Of a stretch of DNA of 64,000 nt, positions 39,907 through 49,879 are shown piece by piece (the stretch's first letter is position 1; every line of letters begins with the position of its first letter). Position numbers and translations under genes: made by a program. Origin of the DNA: an uncultured Selenomonadales bacterium (GTDB lineage Bacteria; Bacillota; Clostridia; Christensenellales; QALW01); the NCBI GenBank assembly GCA_905200615.1, contig CAJKLB010000009.1:2143-66142 (forward strand). Direction: 5' to 3'. The notes below the pieces were generated by a model that did not search any database, had not been told where the DNA came from, and worked only from the letters and a program-made list of their open reading frames with translations.

Positions 39907-42900
39907 ATGTTTTTAAAACGATTAGAGCTTTTTGGGTTTAAATCCTTTGCAGAACGGCTGGATCTCAGTTTTTCTAATGGCATTACCGCTATTGTAGGAC
40001 CAAACGGAAGCGGAAAAAGCAATGTAAGCGATGCCGTTCGATGGGTGCTGGGTGAACAGAGCGCAAAACAGCTGCGCGGCGCCAATATGGCGGATGTTAT
40101 TTTTAAAGGAACCGAAAACCGCAAACCGTTATCTTATTGCGAAGTATCTCTGGTATTTGATAACACGGATAAAGGACTGGATATTGAATATACCGAAGTT
40201 GTTATTACACGCAGACTTTATCGCAGCGGTGAAAGCGAATATTATATCAACCGTACCGGATGCAGATTGAAAGATATCATAACGCTGTTTCAAGATACGG
40301 GAATCGGTAAAGAAGGCTATTCTATTATCGGACAGGGGCGCATCGAAAATATACTTTCCGGAAAGCAGGAAGAGCGCCGTGCTGTATTTGAAGAAGCTGC
40401 CGGTATTGTTAAGTTTAAATCAAGAAAAGCCGAAGCGGAACGAAAATTAGAACATACCTGTGATAATTTACTGCGTATTAACGATATCATTGATACATTG
40501 GAAGAACGTTTGGCCCCCCTTTCTTCCCAGGCAGAAGTGGCGAAGGAGTATATAGCGCTCAGAGAACAGCTGAGAAATTTAGAAGTTAATTTTTATTTGG
40601 TACAAAATGAATTGGCTGAACAGCGGCGCCATACGTATAATCTCCAGCTGGAAGGAATTGATCAGGAAAAAGAGGAAAAAACGGACGCCGTTAATCGAAT
40701 TACACTGGAAAATACGGCTGTTGAAGAACAGCTTGCACAAAAGGAGCAGGAGCTTTCGGAAATTCGCGCAAAACTGCTGGAGTTAACAGCTGGAAGCGAA
40801 AATCTCTCAGGCAAGAACAAAGTGCTTGCCGAGCGAATCAGCAATCTTCAAATTCAAATAGAACGCGTTGAAAACGATTTAAAAAGCAATGATCAGCGGA
40901 AAAAATCAATGGAGGACGCGATCAACGGAGATACCGGCGTTGAGAAAGAAAAAGAAGCCGATATTCGTGAGAAGAAAGCAGAAATACAGGCGCTTGAAAC
41001 TGAAATTTCTCAAAGAGACGAGGCTCTTGCGCAGGAAAGCCGTCAGCTTGAGGAAAGCAAAAGCGAAATGCTGGCGAATATCAACAAGCTTTCGGATGTA
41101 AAATCCAATATCAGCCGCTGCGAGGCTATGCGGGCAAGTATTACGCAGCGAAAAGAAAAAATTTCTATCGCTCTTGAACAACTGTTGCTGCAGCGCGTAA
41201 ATATTGAGGAGGCGCTGAACGATCAAAAGGCAAATACCGAGGTCTTTGATCAAAAGAAGAAAAGTTTAACCGATGAAAAAGAAAAACTATTCCGACAGCA
41301 GCAAGAACTGGATCTTCAGCGAAATGATATAAATAAACGGCTTTCCCAGATACAGGCAGAGGCACAGTCGGCTTCCTCGCGGTTAAAAGTATTGGAAGAG
41401 TTAAAAAAAGATTATGAAGGCTTTCAGTTTTCGGTAAAAAAATTATTGACAAAAGCGGAAAACGATGTGCAGTTAAACAGTCATATTTGCGGTGTTATTG
41501 CGCAACTGATTTCTGTTCCCGAACAGTTTGAAACGGCGGTGGAAGCAGCATTGGGCGCTGCCATGCAAAATATTGTAACGCCAACGGAGGATGACGCGAA
41601 AGCGTTAATCGAATTTTTAAGACGTTCTGACGCGGGACGCGCTACCTTTTTACCTATTTCCGCGATACGCGGAAGAGGATTGGACGAAAGGGAAAAAACC
41701 GCGCTTCAAATGAGCGGATGCTTCGGTGTTGCCTCGGAACTCATTACTTATGACGCAAAATATGAGGGCATTCTAAAGAATCTTTTAGGCCGAACGGTTA
41801 TTACGGATAATTTGGACGTCGGCATTGCGCTTGCACGCAAAACAGCGCATACTTTGAAAATAGTTACCTTAAAAGGCGATGTAATCAATGCCGGGGGATC
41901 TATGAGCGGCGGCAGTATGCGCGGTAAAACCACCAGCATTTTAGGACGTGAACGCGAAATCGAAAGTATTTTGAAATCGCTTAAAGAAAAAAATGCCGAA
42001 ATCAGCCATATGAAAGAGGAGCTCGCTCATTTTGATGATAAATACAAAGTGCTGAAAGAACAGGTAGCAACGGCAGAACAAAGCTTACATGCCATAGAGG
42101 TGAGCTTTGCCAGGGATTATGAAAAGCTTTCCAGTTTACAAAATGATATGCAGACCAGTTTGGATACTGAAAAAGAACTTCAATTAGAAAACGAACAATT
42201 GGAGGATACTCAAAAGGAAATTGAACTGGAGTTGGAAAATATTTCCCGTATGCAGGGAAGTGTTGAAACTTCGAATACAGATGTACAGGCGAAAATAAGC
42301 GCGCGTCAATATCAATATAATAAAAAGCAATTAGAACGTGAAAAGCTGGCACAAAAGCTTACGGACAGTAAGGTGGTATGTGCCGGCCTTGAAAAAGAAC
42401 TTGATGCCATTAAAAATAATTCCGCACGAATGTTTGAACTGATTCAGGGTCTTGAAAAGGCAAAACTGCAACTGGTAGGCGAAGGTAAAAATTTGGAATT
42501 GCAGCTGCAGCAGGTACGGCAGGAACAGCAAGACAGCGTTTTACAGGAAAACAGCATGCAGGAAGAATTAGCAAAACACACATTGCTTGAAAAGGAACAG
42601 GAATCTCAACGGGAAGCCTTGATGCTTCAAACAAAAGAAAACGAAGAGAGAAGAAGAAGATTCGAGCAAGAAATCTATGATGCCGGAGAACGACGGCATA
42701 AGATCGAGATGGCTGTTAGTAAAATTGACGCGGATCTTTCTTATTTGGAAAACAGAATCTGGGAAGAATATGAGTTGACCAAAGCTTCCGCTGAAGAATT
42801 CAGGGATTCCTCTTTTAAAACTACCGGAGCGCAAACGGAAATCAATCGGTTGAAGAAATCCATCAATGCGCTGGGAAATGTAAACGTCAACGCGATAGAA

Positions 42901-43464
42901 GAATATATTGAAACCAAAGAACGGTTCGATTCTTTGACTGGTCAACGCGATGATTTGCAAAAAGCTGAGGCTGATTTGCGTGAAATCATTGCGGAACTGA
43001 ATAAAAAAATGGACAAACAGTTCCGGGAACAGTTTACCTTAATGAATGAATATTTTACCAAAACATTCAGTGAGCTGTTCGGCGGGGGAAAAGCTGAATT
43101 AAAACTTGAAAACGGTGAAAATTCATTGGAAGCGGATATTGAGATTGTAGCGCAGCCGCCGGGAAAGAGCTTGCAGCTTTTGAGTCTTCTCTCCGGAGGA
43201 GAACGGGCGCTTACCGCTATTGCTATTTTATTCGCTATGCTGCGGCTCAAGCCTACGCCGTTCTGTATTTTAGATGAGATTGAAGCGGCTCTGGATGAGG
43301 CAAATGTGGGCAACTTTGCTGCTTATTTAAGAAAATTTGCGGCTGATACCCAGTTTATTGTTATTACGCACCGGAAGCCCACCATGGAAGAAGCAGACAG
43401 CCTTTACGGCGTAGCTATGGAAGAAAAGGGCGTTTCAAAAATTGTTTCGGTAAAACTTACATAA
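39907..43464 (+). CDS. smc: Chromosome segregation protein SMC
   Basis: 1185 aa with Walker A GPNGSGKSN, long coiled coils, a hinge, LSGGERALTA, and Walker B FCILDEIEAALD. Confidence 0.95.
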   Translation: MFLKRLELFGFKSFAERLDLSFSNGITAIVGPNGSGKSNVSDAVRWVLGEQSAKQLRGANMADVIFKGTENRKPLSYCEVSLVFDNTDKGLDIEYTEVVITRRLYRSGESEYYINRTGCRLKDIITLFQDTGIGKEGYSIIGQGRIENILSGKQEERRAVFEEAAGIVKFKSRKAEAERKLEHTCDNLLRINDIIDTLEERLAPLSSQAEVAKEYIALREQLRNLEVNFYLVQNELAEQRRHTYNLQLEGIDQEKEEKTDAVNRITLENTAVEEQLAQKEQELSEIRAKLLELTAGSENLSGKNKVLAERISNLQIQIERVENDLKSNDQRKKSMEDAINGDTGVEKEKEADIREKKAEIQALETEISQRDEALAQESRQLEESKSEMLANINKLSDVKSNISRCEAMRASITQRKEKISIALEQLLLQRVNIEEALNDQKANTEVFDQKKKSLTDEKEKLFRQQQELDLQRNDINKRLSQIQAEAQSASSRLKVLEELKKDYEGFQFSVKKLLTKAENDVQLNSHICGVIAQLISVPEQFETAVEAALGAAMQNIVTPTEDDAKALIEFLRRSDAGRATFLPISAIRGRGLDEREKTALQMSGCFGVASELITYDAKYEGILKNLLGRTVITDNLDVGIALARKTAHTLKIVTLKGDVINAGGSMSGGSMRGKTTSILGREREIESILKSLKEKNAEISHMKEELAHFDDKYKVLKEQVATAEQSLHAIEVSFARDYEKLSSLQNDMQTSLDTEKELQLENEQLEDTQKEIELELENISRMQGSVETSNTDVQAKISARQYQYNKKQLEREKLAQKLTDSKVVCAGLEKELDAIKNNSARMFELIQGLEKAKLQLVGEGKNLELQLQQVRQEQQDSVLQENSMQEELAKHTLLEKEQESQREALMLQTKENEERRRRFEQEIYDAGERRHKIEMAVSKIDADLSYLENRIWEEYELTKASAEEFRDSSFKTTGAQTEINRLKKSINALGNVNVNAIEEYIETKERFDSLTGQRDDLQKAEADLREIIAELNKKMDKQFREQFTLMNEYFTKTFSELFGGGKAELKLENGENSLEADIEIVAQPPGKSLQLLSLLSGGERALTAIAILFAMLRLKPTPFCILDEIEAALDEANVGNFAAYLRKFAADTQFIVITHRKPTMEEADSLYGVAMEEKGVSKIVSVKLT

Positions 43465-43474
43465 AGGAGTTTTT

Positions 43475-44395
43475 ATGGGGTTATTGGATAAAGACAGCTG
43501 GTTAAAAAAGTTGGCCGGTGGTTTGGCAAAAACAAAAAACAATATTTCCGAAAAGCTGGATGAACTTATTAAATATTATAAAGAAATTAACGATGATTTC
43601 TTTGAGGAATTAGAAATGATTCTGATTTCTGCAGATATCGGTGTTCCGGCAACGGAAGCCATTTTAAAAGAGCTAAAGACGAAGGTAAAGGCGGAAAAAA
43701 TCGGCAATTCCGAGCAGATTTACGCGCTTTTGCGTCAAAGTATCGCGGATATTCTTTCCGGTGTTTTAAAAGAAAATGAAGAAACCTATCCGCTTATCAT
43801 GCTCATAGCCGGTGTGAACGGAGTGGGAAAAACTACCGCTATCGGTAAGCTGGCAAATTTTTATGGCAAAAACGGAAAATCCGTTATGGTTGCTGCCGCG
43901 GATACCTTTCGGGCTGCCGCGGCCGATCAGCTGACCGAATGGGCAAAACGCAGCCATGCGTTGATTGTCAGAGGTTCCGACGGAGCAGACCCCTCTTCTG
44001 TTGTTTTTGACGCTATTGCCAGCGCCAAAGCAAAGAAAATTGACGTGTTGATTTGCGATACCGCGGGACGACTCCATAATAAAAAAAATTTGATGGAGGA
44101 ACTGGCTAAAATAGGAAGAATTATTCATCGTGAGTATCCGGAAGCAAGACGGCAAAATCTAATCGTACTGGATGCTACGACAGGACAAAATGCCCTGATG
44201 CAAGTGAAAGGATTTTCCGAAGCGGTAGGTATTGACGGCATTATTCTTAACAAGCTGGACGGTACCGCCAAAGGCGGTGTGGCGGTAGCAATTGCCAAAG
44301 AAATGAATGTTCCCATTTTATATGTTGGCGTAGGCGAGGGAATCGATGATTTACGTCCTTTTGACGCGCAGGATTTTGCGGCAAATATTATTTAA
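43475..44395 (+). CDS. ftsY: Signal recognition particle receptor FtsY
   Basis: Motifs GVNGVGKTT, DTAGR and LNKLDGTAKGG. Confidence 0.95.
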   Translation: MGLLDKDSWLKKLAGGLAKTKNNISEKLDELIKYYKEINDDFFEELEMILISADIGVPATEAILKELKTKVKAEKIGNSEQIYALLRQSIADILSGVLKENEETYPLIMLIAGVNGVGKTTAIGKLANFYGKNGKSVMVAAADTFRAAAADQLTEWAKRSHALIVRGSDGADPSSVVFDAIASAKAKKIDVLICDTAGRLHNKKNLMEELAKIGRIIHREYPEARRQNLIVLDATTGQNALMQVKGFSEAVGIDGIILNKLDGTAKGGVAVAIAKEMNVPILYVGVGEGIDDLRPFDAQDFAANII

Positions 44396-44434
44396 AAACG
44401 CTTGACAAAACAGATTATTGGTTATATGATTATA

Positions 44435-44470
44435 GCTGTAAAGCAAAAAAGCTTTACAGCTTTTGCTTTT
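44435..44470 (+). terminator. Intrinsic terminator after ftsY
   Basis: 10-bp stem GCTGTAAAGC / GCTTTACAGC with an A6 loop, then TTTTGCTTTT. Confidence 0.7.
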
Positions 44471-44484
44471 GGGGAGGTGCCACG

Positions 44485-44811
44485 GTGGATTCCGGTACGG
44501 CTATCATTATTTTACTGGATATGTATGAAAAGCTGCTTACCGAAAATCAGGCAAAAATTTTGCGCTTACACTTTGACGAAGACCTTTCTTTAAGTGAGAT
44601 CGGAGAACTTTGCGGAATTTCAAGGCAAGCGGTAAGCGATACCATTCAAAAAGGCCGACAGCAGCTGTTCCATTATGAAACAGTATTGAAGCTTGCGGAA
44701 AAAGAAGAAAAAATTCACCAGACAATTAAACTTCTTGAAAACAATATAGAGAATCCGCTAAGAATAAAAGAGGGCATCACGCAGTTAAAAAAAATTATGG
44801 AGGAACCGTAA
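44485..44811 (+). CDS. ylxM: YlxM/UPF0122 putative helix-turn-helix protein
   Basis: GTG start with a GGGGAGG RBS. Sigma-70 region-4-like LSLSEIGELCGISRQAVSD. It lies immediately upstream of ffh, as in other Firmicutes. Confidence 0.8.
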   Translation: MDSGTAIIILLDMYEKLLTENQAKILRLHFDEDLSLSEIGELCGISRQAVSDTIQKGRQQLFHYETVLKLAEKEEKIHQTIKLLENNIENPLRIKEGITQLKKIMEEP

Positions 44812-46139
44812 TGGCTTTTGAGGGATTGACCGAGAAACTGCAAAAAGTATTTAAAGGCCTGAAAAGCCGCGGAAAGCTTTCTGAAAATGATGTAAAGGAA
44901 GCTATGCGGGAAGTTCGTATGGCCTTACTGGAGGCGGATGTAAATTTTGCCGTTGCCAGAGACTTTATTAAAAAAGTTACCGAAAAGGCCATAGGGGAAA
45001 CTGTTCTGAACAGTTTGACTCCGGGACAGCAGGTTATAAAAATCGTCAATGAAGAATTGATCGAACTGATGGGCGCCACGCATTCAAAGCTTACCGTTTC
45101 TTCCGCGTTGCCTTCGGTTTATATGCTTTGCGGGCTGCAAGGCGCCGGTAAAACCACGATGTGCGCGAAATTAGGTTCCTATTTAAAAAAGCAAGGAAAA
45201 AAGCCACTGTTGGTTGCCTGTGATATTTATCGTCCCGCGGCAATTGAGCAGTTGAAAGTTGTAGGCGCGCAAACAGAAATCACTGTTTTTGAACGGGGAA
45301 CGCAAAAACCTGTGCAAACTGCGCAGGAGGCCATTGGATATGCAAAAAGTTATTTATATGATACTGTAATTTTGGATACGGCAGGGCGATTGCATATCGA
45401 TGAGACATTAATGCAGGAACTGATTGAAATAAACGAAACCGTAAAGCCTACGGAAATTTTACTTACCGTAGACGCAATGACCGGTCAGGATGCGGTAAAT
45501 GTCGCTCAAGCTTTTAACGAAAAGCTTGGGATTGACGGTGTAATTTTGACCAAACTTGACGGTGACGCGCGGGGCGGCGCGGCGATGAGCGTAAAAGCTG
45601 TGACCGGAAAACCGATCAAATTTTGCGGTATCGGAGAAAAACTGACCGATATTGAAGTATTTCATCCCGACCGTATGGCTTCACGTATTTTGGGTATGGG
45701 CGATGTGCTTTCCTTGATTGAAAAAGCACAGGAAAATTTTAATAACGAAGATGCTACTAAGCTGGTAGATAAAATCAAAAAAAATCAATTTGATTTACAA
45801 GACTTTTTAGAGCAATTCAAGCAAATGCGTAAGATGGGCTCTATGAAGGATATTTTAAAATCACTTCCGGCAATGCCGGGCGTGGATACGAGCAAACTCT
45901 CCGAACAAGAAATTGATGAAAAGCGTATTGATCGTTTGGAAGCTATTATTCTTTCCATGACCATGAAAGAACGCAAAAATCCGGATGTTTTAAACGCTTC
46001 CCGAAGAAGGCGTATCGCGGCGGGCAGCGGAACAAGCGTACAGGAAGTAAATCAGCTGATACGCCAGTTTGAACAATCAAAAGCCATGATGAAAAAATTC
46101 GGGTTGTTCTCTAAAAAAGGTTTTCCCAAATTCAGATAA
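44811..46139 (+). CDS. ffh: Signal recognition particle protein Ffh
   Basis: Motifs GLQGAGKTT, DTAGRLH and TKLDGDARGG, plus a Met-rich M domain. Confidence 0.95.
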   Translation: MAFEGLTEKLQKVFKGLKSRGKLSENDVKEAMREVRMALLEADVNFAVARDFIKKVTEKAIGETVLNSLTPGQQVIKIVNEELIELMGATHSKLTVSSALPSVYMLCGLQGAGKTTMCAKLGSYLKKQGKKPLLVACDIYRPAAIEQLKVVGAQTEITVFERGTQKPVQTAQEAIGYAKSYLYDTVILDTAGRLHIDETLMQELIEINETVKPTEILLTVDAMTGQDAVNVAQAFNEKLGIDGVILTKLDGDARGGAAMSVKAVTGKPIKFCGIGEKLTDIEVFHPDRMASRILGMGDVLSLIEKAQENFNNEDATKLVDKIKKNQFDLQDFLEQFKQMRKMGSMKDILKSLPAMPGVDTSKLSEQEIDEKRIDRLEAIILSMTMKERKNPDVLNASRRRRIAAGSGTSVQEVNQLIRQFEQSKAMMKKFGLFSKKGFPKFR

Positions 46140-46191
46140 GTTTCGTTCTGTGAACTTATATAAATTTTCTATTTTACTGGAGGATTAAAAA

Positions 46192-46431
46192 ATGGTAAAA
46201 ATCAGATTAAAAAGAATGGGTGCCAAAAAAGCTCCTTTCTACCGCGTAGTGGTTTCCGAAAGCCGCAATGCACGTAATGGCAAATCTATTGCCAATCTTG
46301 GGTATTATAATCCCATGACCGATCCGGCGGATATCAAAATCGACGTAGAAGCAGCCAAAGAATGGATTGGAAAAGGCGCGCAGCCGTCCGAAACCGTAAA
46401 AAAATTGCTAAAAATAGCCGGCCTTGAATAA
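46192..46431 (+). CDS. rpsP: 30S ribosomal protein bS16
   Basis: N-terminus [21 protein letters not shown]. Confidence 0.95.
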   Translation: MVKIRLKRMGAKKAPFYRVVVSESRNARNGKSIANLGYYNPMTDPADIKIDVEAAKEWIGKGAQPSETVKKLLKIAGLE

Positions 46432-46447
46432 TTTGGAGGAATTTACT

Positions 46448-46675
46448 GTGGAATCATTGGTGGAATACATAGTAAAAGCGCTTGTTTCACAGCCGGATCA
46501 GGTAAATATCACGCGTGTGGAACGGGACGACGCAACGGTTATTGAGGTTCGCGTAGCATCCGAAGATATGGGAAAAATAATCGGTAAGCAGGGAAGGATT
46601 GCCCGTGCAATACGCACAGTTGTAAAAGCGGCTTCTTCTAAGGAAGAAAAACGGGTGATTGTGGATATTATCTGA
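46448..46675 (+). CDS. KH-domain RNA-binding protein (YlqC-like)
   Basis: GKIIGKQGRIARAIRTV GxxG loop. The GTG at 46448 lies 8 nt after GGAGGA. The ORF-track ATG at 46424 is an alternative start. Confidence 0.8.
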   Translation: MESLVEYIVKALVSQPDQVNITRVERDDATVIEVRVASEDMGKIIGKQGRIARAIRTVVKAASSKEEKRVIVDII

Positions 46676-46676
46676 G

Positions 46677-47195
46677 ATGGATTATATCAGAATCGGCATG
46701 GTGGCCAAACCTCAGGGAATTCGGGGAGAAATAAAAGTGACTTCTCTTTCCGATCGTTTGGAACGTTTTTTGGATTTACAATACGTTTTTGTGGAAGAAA
46801 AAGGGACTTATGCAAAATATAATGTGAAAGGTTCCCGTTTGGGGGATGCGTGTGCGTTTTTATTCCTTGAAAAAATTTATACGCGCGACGAAGCCGAAGC
46901 CTTGCGGGGAAAATACCTTTGCGTAGATCGTGAGCATGCCATTCAACTTCCCGAAGGCAGATATTTTATCTTTGATTTAATCGGATGCCGGGTGATTACG
47001 GATACGGGAAACGATTTGGGTATCATTACCGAAGTTCTGCAGCCGGGAGCAAATGATGTATATGTAGTACAAGGAAATGGGCAGGAAATTTTGATTCCCG
47101 CGGTAAAAAGCTTTGTTTTGAATATTGATATTCAAAGCAAAATGATAACCGTAAACGAAGCTATGCTGCAAGAGGTTGCCGTTTATGAAGATTAG
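46677..47195 (+). CDS. rimM: 16S rRNA processing protein RimM
   Basis: MDYIRIGMVAKPQGIRGEIKV. The ATG at 46677 lies directly after the KH-gene stop. Confidence 0.9.
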   Translation: MDYIRIGMVAKPQGIRGEIKVTSLSDRLERFLDLQYVFVEEKGTYAKYNVKGSRLGDACAFLFLEKIYTRDEAEALRGKYLCVDREHAIQLPEGRYFIFDLIGCRVITDTGNDLGIITEVLQPGANDVYVVQGNGQEILIPAVKSFVLNIDIQSKMITVNEAMLQEVAVYED

Positions 47196-47907
47196 CGTTT
47201 TAACGATTTTTCCCGAAATGCTGTGCCCGATGCTTGAAAGCAGTATTTTGGGACGAGCCGTAAAAAACGGAATTTTGGAGATTGAGCTGATTAACATCCG
47301 TGATTTCAGTGACAATAAACATCATAATACCGATGATTACCCGTTTGGCGGCGGTGTAGGAATGCTGATGATGCCGCAGCCGATTTTTTCTGCGTTTGAT
47401 AGTGTAAAAACAAAGGAAAGCCTAAGTATTTATCTATCTCCGCAGGGAGAGATTTTTTCTTCACAAACCGCAAAGGAACTGGCAAAGGAAAAACATATCA
47501 TTCTGCTTTGCGGCCACTATGAAGGTGTTGATCAGCGGGTTATTGATTGTTTAATCGACAGAGAAATTTCTATCGGTGATTATGTTCTTACCGGCGGTGA
47601 GCTTGCTGCGTTGGTAATTATCGATGCTACGGCACGATTTATAGACGGCGTTTTAGGGAGTACGGACAGCGCGTATGAAGACAGCTTTTCCGACGGCTTG
47701 CTGGAAGCGCCTCAATATACAAGACCCGCGGAATTTATGGGAATACGGGTTCCCGAAGTATTGCTTAACGGGAATCATGCGCATATCGCGGCATGGCAAA
47801 GAGAAATGCAGCTCAGAGTTACTTTAAAAAAACGCCCGGATCTTCTGAAAAAGAGTTACCTTTCAGCGGAAGATCAAAAAATTTTAGAAAAAATAAAGAA
47901 CGAATAA
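47185..47907 (+). CDS. trmD: tRNA (guanine37-N1)-methyltransferase TrmD
   Basis: MKISVLTIFPEM and LLCGHYEGVDQRV. It overlaps the rimM end by 11 nt. Confidence 0.93.
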   Translation: MKISVLTIFPEMLCPMLESSILGRAVKNGILEIELINIRDFSDNKHHNTDDYPFGGGVGMLMMPQPIFSAFDSVKTKESLSIYLSPQGEIFSSQTAKELAKEKHIILLCGHYEGVDQRVIDCLIDREISIGDYVLTGGELAALVIIDATARFIDGVLGSTDSAYEDSFSDGLLEAPQYTRPAEFMGIRVPEVLLNGNHAHIAAWQREMQLRVTLKKRPDLLKKSYLSAEDQKILEKIKNE

Positions 47908-47914
47908 AAATTGC

Positions 47915-47943
47915 TTGCTAAAAGAAAAATAGTATGGTATATT
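47915..47943 (+). promoter_or_regulatory. Predicted rplS promoter
   Basis: TTGCTA (47915-47920), 17-nt spacer ending in TGG, then TATATT (47938-47943). It leaves a leader of about 80 nt. Confidence 0.5.
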
Positions 47944-48027
47944 ATTTAAGATTGATAAGTACGGGCGGTCCGCTTAGCCGGTTTTTCCGAGTTAATGAAC
48001 GCCTATGAGGGAAAAGGAGACAATGCA

Positions 48028-48369
48028 ATGGAACTGATTAAAGCAATTGAAGCGGAACAGCTTCGCAGTGATATTCCCGATTTTAAAATTGGCGATACTG
48101 TAAAAGTCATGGTTAAAGTTGTTGAAGGAACTCGCGAAAGATTACAGGCTTTTGAAGGAACGGTAATCGCTCGTAAAAACGGCAGCACTCGTGAAACCTT
48201 TACGGTACGCAGGGTTGCCTACGGCGTTGGTGTTGAGCGTACATTCCCTGTACATTCGCCCAGACTCGGCAGTATAACCATTGTTCGCCGCGGCCGCGTA
48301 CGCAGAGCAAAACTGTATTATCTGCGTGATCGTATCGGTAAAGCAGCAAAAGTAAAAGAGATTCAGTAA
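48028..48369 (+). CDS. rplS: 50S ribosomal protein bL19
   Basis: [12 protein letters not shown]...FKIGDTVKV...[20 protein letters not shown] lies upstream of 48028. Confidence 0.95.
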   Translation: MELIKAIEAEQLRSDIPDFKIGDTVKVMVKVVEGTRERLQAFEGTVIARKNGSTRETFTVRRVAYGVGVERTFPVHSPRLGSITIVRRGRVRRAKLYYLRDRIGKAAKVKEIQ

Positions 48370-48380
48370 AAAGCAAAAAG

Positions 48381-48417
48381 CCCCTTTTTGTATAAAAAGC
48401 AAAAAGGGATTTTTTGT
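48381..48417 (+). terminator. Intrinsic terminator after rplS
   Basis: Stem CCCTTTTT / AAAAAGGG followed by a T-run. Confidence 0.55.
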
Positions 48418-48523
48418 TTAATAAATTAAAATATTTATGAAAGAATAGACACTCCTTACTTTTTGCCAAATTGTAAATTCTGCGTCTTTATCGAAAAAAT
48501 AAGCCATATTTTTTATTTAGGTA

Positions 48524-48552
48524 TTGACTATTAAAATAGAAAAGGGTATAAT
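48524..48552 (+). promoter_or_regulatory. Predicted promoter of the 48583 membrane-protein gene
   Basis: TTGACT (48524-48529), 17-nt spacer, TATAAT (48547-48552). Confidence 0.6.
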
Positions 48553-48582
48553 TGTTATGTTATATTTATGAGGGGGTTTCCT

Positions 48583-49842
48583 ATGAACAAGTTTCTACAT
48601 ATGAACAGCCTTTTTACAAGAATTATTTTGGGCGTTCTTTCTTTTGCTGTTATTATATGCGCCTTTATTCCTTATTTTCAAATACCTGCTGTTAAGGCTG
48701 TTCACGATGTGAATGTTGCGGATCAACGTTTGGAAATTTATATTGGAAAAGATGCCGAAACGGTTAATATAATTTCCGAATTCAGCAACGGACAGCCTTT
48801 TTTGATTTTCAGTGACGCGGAACTTACGCAAACCGTGGAAAGAACCGCAATCCCTACTCCTGACCAAGTAAATACTTATTGGGTGCAATTTTTTGCGTAC
48901 GGTTACGATACCGCAGCGGAAGAAAGAGTGCTGGGATTTGTTCCGATCAGTGTATATAAACTTATATTGAACAAAGGTGCTACAAAAGATGACCTGACTT
49001 CCGTAAGCGTAAACAAAGTGGAAAAAACGATTACCATTAGCGTTCCGAAAACAACCACCTTTGATTTTTCTCGTGTGATTGACACCAAAAATGTATGGAC
49101 AATCTTTGATAATCGCCTTACCGGTTTTTCTGATTCAATAAAAGAAGCAAGAAGTATTCCTGTAAAAAAGCATGAAAATGAAGGTGATAGGGATAAATAC
49201 TATATTGCAATTACCTTAAAATCCGAAACCAATCCGATGAGTACAGGAACAACAAGCGAAGAAGGCTCTTCTTTAGTATATTATCCGCTGGATATGTATG
49301 AGTTATATATTTATCGTGATAAAGTACGTAGCACTTTACCTACTGTAGGTGAATTTGGTCTGGGTATACTTTCCAGTGTTGAAACACAAAAAAATAACGG
49401 AACGATGACGCTTTATACCGGGGACGCACTGATGCTTACCTTAATGGTTTATGCTTTGATATCGACTATTTTCAGTTTTGTAATTCCCAATAAATTTAGA
49501 TTGATTCAAACCATTGTGGGCAGTCTTTTAGGGTTGGCTTTAATCATTGTACCGGTTCTTGATTATATAATGTTCTTTAAAGATAATCATTTTAATATAC
49601 AACCCGGTATGTTTATTCTTATGGCTTTAGGTGTTTTGATTCTGTTCTTTGCTGTGTTCGATTATATTCGGTGTCACAAGGAATATGTTGCAGAACAAAT
49701 TCATATTTACGGCGAAGACGCGTTTAAAAAGAAAAAAGAAAAAAAACTTGAACCGGAAGCACCGAATATGGAAACTATTGAAATTGACGGCAAGAAGGCA
49801 TTAAAGAAGAAAGAGAAAAAAGAAAAAAAGAAGAAAGATTGA
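48583..49842 (+). CDS. Hypothetical membrane protein with a Lys-rich C-terminal tail
   Basis: N-terminal TM anchor, an ectodomain of about 260 aa, about 4 C-terminal TM helices, and the tail [11 protein letters not shown]...[22 protein letters not shown] lies upstream of 48583. Confidence 0.6.
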   Translation: MNKFLHMNSLFTRIILGVLSFAVIICAFIPYFQIPAVKAVHDVNVADQRLEIYIGKDAETVNIISEFSNGQPFLIFSDAELTQTVERTAIPTPDQVNTYWVQFFAYGYDTAAEERVLGFVPISVYKLILNKGATKDDLTSVSVNKVEKTITISVPKTTTFDFSRVIDTKNVWTIFDNRLTGFSDSIKEARSIPVKKHENEGDRDKYYIAITLKSETNPMSTGTTSEEGSSLVYYPLDMYELYIYRDKVRSTLPTVGEFGLGILSSVETQKNNGTMTLYTGDALMLTLMVYALISTIFSFVIPNKFRLIQTIVGSLLGLALIIVPVLDYIMFFKDNHFNIQPGMFILMALGVLILFFAVFDYIRCHKEYVAEQIHIYGEDAFKKKKEKKLEPEAPNMETIEIDGKKALKKKEKKEKKKKD

Positions 49843-49848
49843 CATAAT

Positions 49849-49879
49849 GCCCCGAAAAAATAATTTTCGGGGCTTTTTT
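49849..49879 (+). terminator. Intrinsic terminator abutting the mnmA start
   Basis: Stem GCCCCGAAAA / TTTTCGGGGC followed by T6. Confidence 0.8.

Noticed and set aside
47944-48027. Ribosomal protein L19 leader RNA upstream of rplS
   Set aside because: A leader of about 80 nt exists and has a GC-rich patch (GGGCGGTCCGCTTAGCCGG). I cannot fold it into, or match it from memory to, the known L19 leader. This needs a covariance-model scan.
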